From the NCBI GenBank assembly GCA_004764695.1, contig SMSO01000037.1:4378747-4442746 (forward strand): a stretch of DNA of 64,000 nucleotides. The letters run 5' to 3'. Source of the DNA: Schizochytrium sp. TIO01 (Eukaryota > Protista > Bigyra: Labyrinthulomycetes). Below the pieces are notes generated by a model. That model searched no databases. It was not told the origin of the DNA and saw only the letters and a list, made by a program, of their open reading frames with translations. The translations under genes were made by a program, and so were the position numbers. The stretch's first letter is position 1. The number at the start of each line of letters is the position of its first letter. Positions 56,979-64,000 of this stretch are shown in pieces.

Positions 56979-59276
56979 ATGCGTGTAGCACAATGGTTCA
57001 CGGCGACCATCGCCGCGAGCGTGGCTCTGTTGGGTCTCGCGGGCTCTGCTGATGCAGACGTACCTGCAGAGAAATACCAGTTTGAGTCTGAGACCTCCCG
57101 TCTTCTTGATATTCTTATTCATAGCCTGTACTCGAACAAGGATGTTTTCTTGCGTGAGCTCGTCTCCAACGCAGTCGATGCTCTCGACAAGATTAGATTC
57201 CTTTCCGTGGAGTCTCCAGAACTATTGGCATCCAACCCTGATCTCGACGTTCGTATCAGCTTTGACGAAGCCGAGCGTACTTTGACCATTCGCGACTCCG
57301 GTATCGGTATGACCAAGGAAGATTTGATCATGAACCTTGGTACCGTCGCCAAGAGTGGCACTACCCAGTTCGTAGAGGCAATGGCATCGCAGTCAAACTC
57401 TGACTTGAACTTGATTGGCCAGTTTGGTGTAGGTTTTTACGCAGCATTTCTGGTCGCTGACAAGGTTGAGGTCTCCAGTAAGCACAACGATGACGTGCAG
57501 CACATTTGGATCTCTACCGCCGATTCAACTTTCACAGTAGAAAAGGACCCGAAGGGAGATACTCTTGGGCGTGGTACTGAGATCAAGCTCTTCCTGAAGG
57601 AGGATGCTGTGGAGTACACCAACCAGGACCGCCTTGAGAAGCTCGTGAAACAGTACAGTGAGTTCGCTCAGTTCCCCATTTACCTCCGTAAGAGCAAGAC
57701 CGAGATGGTTGACGCCGCTGAGGAGGAAGATGACGATGAGGAAGAGGATGTCATGGGTGATGACGAGGAAGAAGAGGAAGAAGAAGAGGAGGAGGAAGAG
57801 GAGGCTGCCTCTAACGAGAAGGAAGTCACCACCTGGACTTGGGAACGAGTGAACAACCAGCAGCCCATCTGGACCCGCTCTAAGGACGACATCAAGGAGG
57901 AGGAATACCAGGAGTTCTACAAGTCAATTTCTAAGGACTACGGAGATGCCTTGACTTGGGCTCACTTCCGCGCTGAAGGTGAGGTTGAGTTCTCCTCGAT
58001 CCTTTACGTGCCCAGCCAGGCCCCTCCTGGTATGATGCAGGACTATTACAACACCAAGGCCAATGTAAAGCTTTACGTGCGCAAGGTGCTGATTGCCGAT
58101 GACTTGGAAGACCTCCTGCCAAAATACATGAACTTCATTCGCGGTATGGTTGACTCGAACGATCTCCCGCTTAAGGTTGACCGTGAGGGCCTTCAGCAGA
58201 GCAAGGTTCTCAAGGTGATTGGCAAGAAACTCACGCGCAAAGTCTTGGAAACCCTACGGAAGATGTCTGAAGCCGAGCAGCGCAAGCTAACCTCCGAAAG
58301 CGAGGGCGCTGATGAGGATGAGGAGGATGAGGATGAGGAAGATGAGATTGCTTCGTACAGCACGTTCTGGCGTGCCTTCTCCAAGAACGTCAAGCTCGGT
58401 GTTATTGAGGACCAGGCCAACCGCAACAAGCTGACCAAGCTCTTGAGGTTTAAGTCATCGAACTCCATGACCCCGAGTGGAGAGATGCCCGCCGATGTGG
58501 ACCTTATCTCGCTTGACACTTACGTGTCTCGCATGCCGGAGTGGCAGAAGGACATTTACTACTTGGCCGGCACGAACATGGATGAGCTTGTGCACAGTCC
58601 ATTCCTAGAACGCGCTCGCTCTAAGGGCGTGGAGGTCTTGATGATGGAAGACGCTCTTGATGAGTATGTTATCCAGCAGCTCCCTGAATTTGACGGCCAC
58701 AAGCTCCAGAGTCTTGCTAAGGAGGGCCTTAAGTTTGGTGATGAGACCGAGATGGACAAGAAGCGTGAGAAGCTTTACAAGGACAACTTCAAGCCCCTTG
58801 CTGAGTACATGCAGAACCTTCTTGGCGAGAAGATTGAGAAGGTCGTTGTGTCTAACCGTGTGACCAACTCTCCGGCCGTTTTGGTGTCTTCTCAGTTTGG
58901 CTACTCAGCTAACATGGAGAAGATCATGAAGCACCAGGCCTTCGGCAGCGGAGCCAGCCCGATGATGATGATGTCTAAGAAGATTCTTGAGCTCAACCCG
59001 CGCAGCCCGATTATCTCTGAGTTGCAGAAGCGCGTCGAGTCTGACCCTGACTCTGAGGAGACGATTGACTTCGCATGGACTCTGTATGATACCAGCTTGC
59101 TCCACTCTGGTTTTGATATTGATGCCAAGAAGGAGTTCTCGCAGCGTATGCAGCGCATTCTGAAGTCATCTATGAACCTCGAGTCACTTGATCTCTTGCC
59201 TGAGATTGATGTACCAGAGGACAATGATGCTGGTGAGGACGAGGGCTCTCACGCAGAAGAGAAGCTTGAGTTGTAG
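56979..59276 (+). CDS. HSP90B1: ER Hsp90 (endoplasmin/GRP94)
   Basis: Signal peptide; [50 protein letters not shown]; acidic linker; ends EEKLEL rather than cytosolic MEEVD. Confidence 0.95.
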   Translation: MRVAQWFTATIAASVALLGLAGSADADVPAEKYQFESETSRLLDILIHSLYSNKDVFLRELVSNAVDALDKIRFLSVESPELLASNPDLDVRISFDEAERTLTIRDSGIGMTKEDLIMNLGTVAKSGTTQFVEAMASQSNSDLNLIGQFGVGFYAAFLVADKVEVSSKHNDDVQHIWISTADSTFTVEKDPKGDTLGRGTEIKLFLKEDAVEYTNQDRLEKLVKQYSEFAQFPIYLRKSKTEMVDAAEEEDDDEEEDVMGDDEEEEEEEEEEEEEAASNEKEVTTWTWERVNNQQPIWTRSKDDIKEEEYQEFYKSISKDYGDALTWAHFRAEGEVEFSSILYVPSQAPPGMMQDYYNTKANVKLYVRKVLIADDLEDLLPKYMNFIRGMVDSNDLPLKVDREGLQQSKVLKVIGKKLTRKVLETLRKMSEAEQRKLTSESEGADEDEEDEDEEDEIASYSTFWRAFSKNVKLGVIEDQANRNKLTKLLRFKSSNSMTPSGEMPADVDLISLDTYVSRMPEWQKDIYYLAGTNMDELVHSPFLERARSKGVEVLMMEDALDEYVIQQLPEFDGHKLQSLAKEGLKFGDETEMDKKREKLYKDNFKPLAEYMQNLLGEKIEKVVVSNRVTNSPAVLVSSQFGYSANMEKIMKHQAFGSGASPMMMMSKKILELNPRSPIISELQKRVESDPDSEETIDFAWTLYDTSLLHSGFDIDAKKEFSQRMQRILKSSMNLESLDLLPEIDVPEDNDAGEDEGSHAEEKLEL

Positions 59277-60165
59277 ATGATGATCATGATGTCTCCGGCG
59301 AGGGCATTTTATTTTTAGCATAGATATTACACAAAATTAATGATATAAGCACCTTAAACACCAATAACTATCAATACATGTTATACCACTGTTCTTTTCT
59401 GAATTTGAACCTATCCAGTACACAGGATTGTTTGCGGCCCTTCTGTTAAATCCTTTTCGATTGCATATCAAGAATTAACAATTTATGGATTCCTCTAACT
59501 GTTGATTTTTTCTGAATGCTCATTTTGACAGCTACATGCTTCATACTTTACTTTCGAAAGACCGCTAACCCCACATCATTGCAACACACCATGGTTGCTT
59601 TGATCTTATAGACATATCTGCAAATTTGCAGGATTCTTGTTGGCTAGAATGCTTAGTGGTTCTTCTGGAGCTGACCTGCCAAAGGCCACAGAGGTCTATC
59701 TTGCAGCGTGCTCTTCAGCATTCCTCTCATGCAGATTACCGCCCTATATTTCGGCCAGTCATGGTTTCGCTACTAGTTGGTACCTTTGCCTTTTCCCGCT
59801 CTACTTTCTTCCGCAAATTTGTTGCGAAAGGTGTTGGTGCCTTCTCGCGAGTCACTCGTGAATATTGCGAGGCGACCGCTCTCAAGTTCGTACTTACGCA
59901 GCGCCCACCACGGCGAAAACGTGTTTCTCTGCATGGTATACAGCGTTGTCATCGCATTTCACTCTTCATTGGCCGTTTGGCGCCTTGTTTTCTCTCTCTG
60001 GTATTGTGGTTCATTTTCTACCCTCGTGCACATACCAAACGCCTATCTATTATCAGTTACACCACACTCATTCATATTGATTCCAGGCACAGATATCTGA
60101 GGGCAATATCCTTCTCCATCTTCGCTGCGTTCTGTTGCTTTGTAAGCGCTTTTCTCGAAAAACTT

Positions 60166-60241
60166 AGATAAGATGAGTTGAACTGCCATTCACCGAAGCC
60201 ACAATCAAGCCACTCGAAATGACTCAGATAAGATGAGTTGA
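60166..60241. repeat. 16-bp direct repeat AGATAAGATGAGTTGA x2, 60-bp period
   Basis: Copies at 60166-60181 and 60226-60241. Confidence 0.85.
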
Positions 60242-60472
60242 GTTGAGATCATGCTAAGATCTCCAATCGAAGGAACTAAATGACAAGGCATTGGTAGAGT
60301 TCTAGGCATTCCCTTGTAAGAACCCATGAAGATAGGGTTTACAATAGAATAGAACTAGACAACCAGACCTACCTGATTTAGAAGTCAAGAGCCAAAAGTG
60401 TGTACACACTTTTCCTAGAAGCAATGGTGGGATTGAATTGATTGATTAAAGAGACAAGTTAACCTAACCTCA

Positions 60473-62050
60473 TCAGTTATGTCTTACGCAGTCAGAGTCT
60501 TCATCATCAGAAGCTCCTTTAGATTCTGATGAATCATGTCCCTCATTTTCACTCAAAAGTACTACGATTTGCAGTGGCGTTGTCATCACTGGCAAATACT
60601 TCTGCTTCTTCATCTGACGATTCATCCTAATCGGTTTTAACAAGAGACTCATTACTATTAATAAACTCTTTTCCATCAGCTACACGAAGTATCAAATTCC
60701 ATTGATAAATATCCTTTTGACCCAAAGATGGTTGATAGTTCTGCTCATCAATCACGTCTAAGTCTAATGCAGAGTCTTCATTTGTACTTTCTAGTTTATT
60801 GTTTTCTTTTTTGTATTCATTCTTATTTGCTTTATCCTTCACTGTCTCTTTCAGTCCTTCTCCTAAGTCTTCCTCTTCTTCTACTTCTTCCTTTAATTGA
60901 ATTCCCCCTTCTCCTACTGATCCTCTTCCTCATAAACCAGGACCTTTGCCAGGAGCTGTGTATGCATATTATGACTGTTCTATTCGGTTTTGGTGTTCCT
61001 TTCTATGCCGCATCTCGTGATCAGGTGGACAATGAAAGTACGGAAGAATATCATAGTGATATGAGTGATGATCCTTTAAATCAATCTCAGATCCTAGAAA
61101 AGGTTCGTTCCTTAGAAGGCTTAGCCGACGAAATAATTCGCGCTCCAAAGATGACATGAAGTCGGTACCCAATAATGGTTCTGGTGGATTGTATACCAGG
61201 TCTTCACGATCGCGATCATCATAGGTTTTGTTTTTTCTTAGTCCATACAGGAGGATCAATCTAGTAAACATATTACTGTCCAAATTAGAAATAAGATCAT
61301 CAATTGTTGAGTTGGCTGAATTCAAGATTTCCTTGTAATTCTGAAATATTTCGACGATACTATTGACCCTTTCTATATCCATTAACTCTTCATTTAAAGC
61401 TAGCAATTTAGTATCCATGATACTCCTAAACATCTCATGCGTAGTAAAGTATGGAAGATACATGTTGGGGTAAGCATGTATGACTTGAAGAAACTTCTAG
61501 CCCACCTTTTATTGCTTTTGAAAAACTGAGTACCATATTCCAGGTTGACGAACTTTCTTGAAAATCGTCAACCTTATCTGCCTTCTTAATGAGGTCATCG
61601 TAAACCATGCTAGTTGTTATCCCTCTATAAGACCGAATAAAGTAAACTTGTCAGATGAATGAATACCATCATTGTCAAAAATTGCAAAGATCACATCAGT
61701 AAATTGCTCAGATGGTACTTGTTTCATCACCCATGACAAAGGTTCCAAATCTGCTTCAGATAAGCCGAAGAGTTCTTCAACTTATATCACGTCTTTCTGT
61801 TGAATAGATTCATCAAATATTTTTTTAAGGTCCTAAAATTCACCTTTTTCATGATGGAAGTACTACGGGGGAGCATCTTCAAAGAAATAGTCATCTTACT
61901 CGTTAAACACAGTTGCTCGAAACCATTCGTAAAATCATTTTTGGATACGATGTCAATGCATTCCATGTAAAATTTTGCAACGATCATCCAAAAATTTGGT
62001 ATTCTTTTCAAAAGCAGAGCATACAAAACCAAACCGGCAATGGTATCTTT
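60473..62050 (-). pseudogene. Decayed ~500-codon gene of unknown family
   Basis: ORF pieces 60969-61463 and 60627-60842 share one frame; protein-like reading continues across about 13 stops and a few compensating frameshifts. Confidence 0.6.
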
Positions 62051-62239
62051 ATTTTGAAAATAATTTCATTCAAATGATTGGGAATTGAAAAAAGAAAAAA
62101 GGAATGTTTATTTGATAATGATAAAAAACAACAAACATTTTTCTTTTATTTTTTAAGATTGACAAGCAACAGGAACTGTAAAAGAAAAGGGAAAAAGAAA
62201 AAAAAAGAAAAGGAACGTGGGAAAGGAAAGCATGTTTAG

Positions 62240-64000
62240 TCAAAAAGGGCGATACGCAGGAGGAAACGCACCATCCATGGGGTCCGAAAATAGAGAGCAT
62301 ACGCCCAAGCATCCAGGACGGACATTGTTCATTTGTTCAGGGATTACACCGACATCATCCAGCCTTCTAATATAACCAGGCATCTCCACCTGGATGATAT
62401 CAATCACATACTTCCACTCAGAGTGTTTAGCATCGATCTGCTTCACGAGCACTGAGTCGAAGAAGTGTGAAATGCGATCTACTAAGATTCTGGTAGTATC
62501 GCTTTCACGAAGGACTACCGTTATCACCATCAGAAGATCATTCGGAGTCATGGTTTCAATACCTTGCATCCTTGTGTTCTTATTGAAAAAGAGAGACATT
62601 CCATCAACGGACGGCTCATCAGGAACACCGTTAACCACAAAAAATGGAAGGTCAGACAAATCAAGTCCTAGATCTTCCATTTCCACATCATAGAAAAAAT
62701 CGGAGTCTTCCGATCGAAAGAGTAACACCCTCTTTTCAAAACAACCTTCAGTACTGATTGGTATCATAGGGTAGTCAGAATTCCTAACGTTTTGCGGAAT
62801 TTCGAGACCACGGTATCGTTGTCGTCGAATCATGTGCAAGAAAGTAGATTTGACCCTTCTACCTCGCAGTTTAAAATATTTGACAACAAGCTGCGAGCGT
62901 AAGCCTTCAACACATTCCACAGCTGGATAAGTACGTGGAATGCATGTGAGTGTACTACCATCCACTGCTCCAACAATTTCATTCAGAGCAGAAATCAGCA
63001 GAGGAGGCATCTCCACCTTGATCGGGTCATGAACGTGATCAGTGATCTGGTAAAGTCCTGAATTGAGACCCAACATGATAGTAAGAGAATTCAAATGAAC
63101 AACTCCCAGACTCGTGTTGATGTCCCCAAAAGACCAATTTGGAGATATATTCGTTTCAGTGATCGCAAGGTGAAGAAGCATTCTCATTGATATCTCCGTT
63201 GCTTCTTTAAGAGCAATATCATAACCATTGGGTTGACCTGAGATGTCGGGATGCACACGCATAAAAAAAGCGACTTGGCACTTCCATGTATCGAGAGAAA
63301 AGTAAGTAGATACAGTTCTCAGTACCGTCTTGCGAATGATTTGCATATCCTCAGGACGCATCGTTGTGTCAAGAAGATTCAACCTTTCTTGTCTCGATAA
63401 CTTCAGTGCGAACTCATAGAAACGAGGATGTCCATCAATATCATTCAGGAAAGGGCGTAAATTTGGCCATTCCTGAATACGAATGCGATCGTTCACCGTG
63501 TCTAACTCTGTTTGAGAAGCGTCGCGTTGATGAGCAGCACGGATAAGAATCTGCAAATATTGTTTCTCAAGTTGAGACACAGCATAAGGATACTTGCGCA
63601 ACCCATGAAGTAATGTGACTACCACGTTCGGGATATTATTGGTAGATGTAGTAAGGTAAGGGCCAGTAAACATGGCCATCGAACTGTCAGGTGACACATA
63701 ACTTGTCATGCCAGTAATGATTGGGAAAATTTTGAGACGGGATCGACTTCTACCCCAAAACAGCGTCTGTGAACAGTACAAAAGCAATACATTAGTTCCA
63801 GGAAGATCATCGCGATACTCGTCTATATGCAGAAAGAGCATGTCAACGTCTAAAAGTTGTTGAAGTCTCGTCGAGAGCTCCTCCGCAGTGTAGCTCGCAT
63901 ACCCCTTCATAAGACACACAATAGTGCGCAGAGGAGGAATGTCTTCGTCCTTTAGAAGAACAAACAAAAGAATGGCTGAAACGTAGCCAATGTGATCGAC
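62240..64000 (-). CDS. Crinkler/RHS (CR)-type P-loop NTPase, probably followed by a restriction-endonuclease-like domain; 5'-truncated by the window
   Basis: Frame open to the window end; Walker-B-like MLFLHIDEY, sensor-like FPIITG, GxP-like LNDIDGHPRFYE; C-terminal FVVNG…SVDG. Walker A presumably lies outside the window. Confidence 0.6.
   Translation of the reverse strand, partial: VDHIGYVSAILLFVLLKDEDIPPLRTIVCLMKGYASYTAEELSTRLQQLLDVDMLFLHIDEYRDDLPGTNVLLLYCSQTLFWGRSRSRLKIFPIITGMTSYVSPDSSMAMFTGPYLTTSTNNIPNVVVTLLHGLRKYPYAVSQLEKQYLQILIRAAHQRDASQTELDTVNDRIRIQEWPNLRPFLNDIDGHPRFYEFALKLSRQERLNLLDTTMRPEDMQIIRKTVLRTVSTYFSLDTWKCQVAFFMRVHPDISGQPNGYDIALKEATEISMRMLLHLAITETNISPNWSFGDINTSLGVVHLNSLTIMLGLNSGLYQITDHVHDPIKVEMPPLLISALNEIVGAVDGSTLTCIPRTYPAVECVEGLRSQLVVKYFKLRGRRVKSTFLHMIRRQRYRGLEIPQNVRNSDYPMIPISTEGCFEKRVLLFRSEDSDFFYDVEMEDLGLDLSDLPFFVVNGVPDEPSVDGMSLFFNKNTRMQGIETMTPNDLLMVITVVLRESDTTRILVDRISHFFDSVLVKQIDAKHSEWKYVIDIIQVEMPGYIRRLDDVGVIPEQMNNVRPGCLGVCSLFSDPMDGAFPPAYRPF

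Noticed and set aside
57715-57805. GAG/GAA/GAT purine-rich repeat
   Set aside because: Ordinary acidic charged linker of Hsp90
9616-59276. Apparent clustering of endomembrane genes (VPS51, DENN, MCTP, START, GRP94, P4H, ARM)
   Set aside because: Large functional class, mixed orientations and unrelated genes interspersed; no evidence of co-regulation
60166-60241. CRISPR-like repeat-spacer-repeat
   Set aside because: Only two 16-bp copies, eukaryotic context, no cas genes
60473-62050. Alternative genetic code (TAA/TAG read as Gln)
   Set aside because: TGA stops and frameshifts also interrupt the frame, and neighbouring genes terminate normally at TAA/TAG

Overview
Eukaryotic nuclear DNA, gene-dense with essentially intron-free coding regions separated by AT-rich, microsatellite- and CTAG-rich spacers. 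The style suggests a stramenopile protist, most plausibly a thraustochytrid/labyrinthulomycete (inference, not proven). About 14 protein genes are supportable: a tail-anchored coiled-coil protein, a membrane-anchored cyclic-nucleotide phosphodiesterase split by a 1-nt frameshift, an unknown protein, VPS51, a small Cys/His zinc-finger protein, an ARM-repeat protein, a DENND4-like Rab GEF, a prolyl 4-hydroxylase, MCTP, a START-domain protein, a WW-domain protein, IMP3, GRP94/HSP90B1 and a truncated Crinkler-type NTPase(-REase) gene. That last gene lies next to a decayed gene in an AT-richer block at the right end. The best novelty candidates are: (1) the coiled-coil protein at 9616-11715, which ends in a TM helix plus a plant-type KASH tail (EFVPT) and carries about 6 dynein-light-chain (LC8)-like QT motifs, making it a candidate stramenopile LINC/nuclear-envelope adaptor; (2) a prolyl hydroxylase fused to a pVHL-like beta domain (possible hydroxyproline writer plus reader); (3) a stand-alone SKIP31/VLTF2/UL92-like zinc finger; (4) recurrent intergenic CCTAGCTAGG/TAG-rich and palindromic elements. 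No tRNA, rRNA, snRNA, CRISPR or intact transposon was recognised. All domain calls come from motif recognition by eye and need HMM confirmation.
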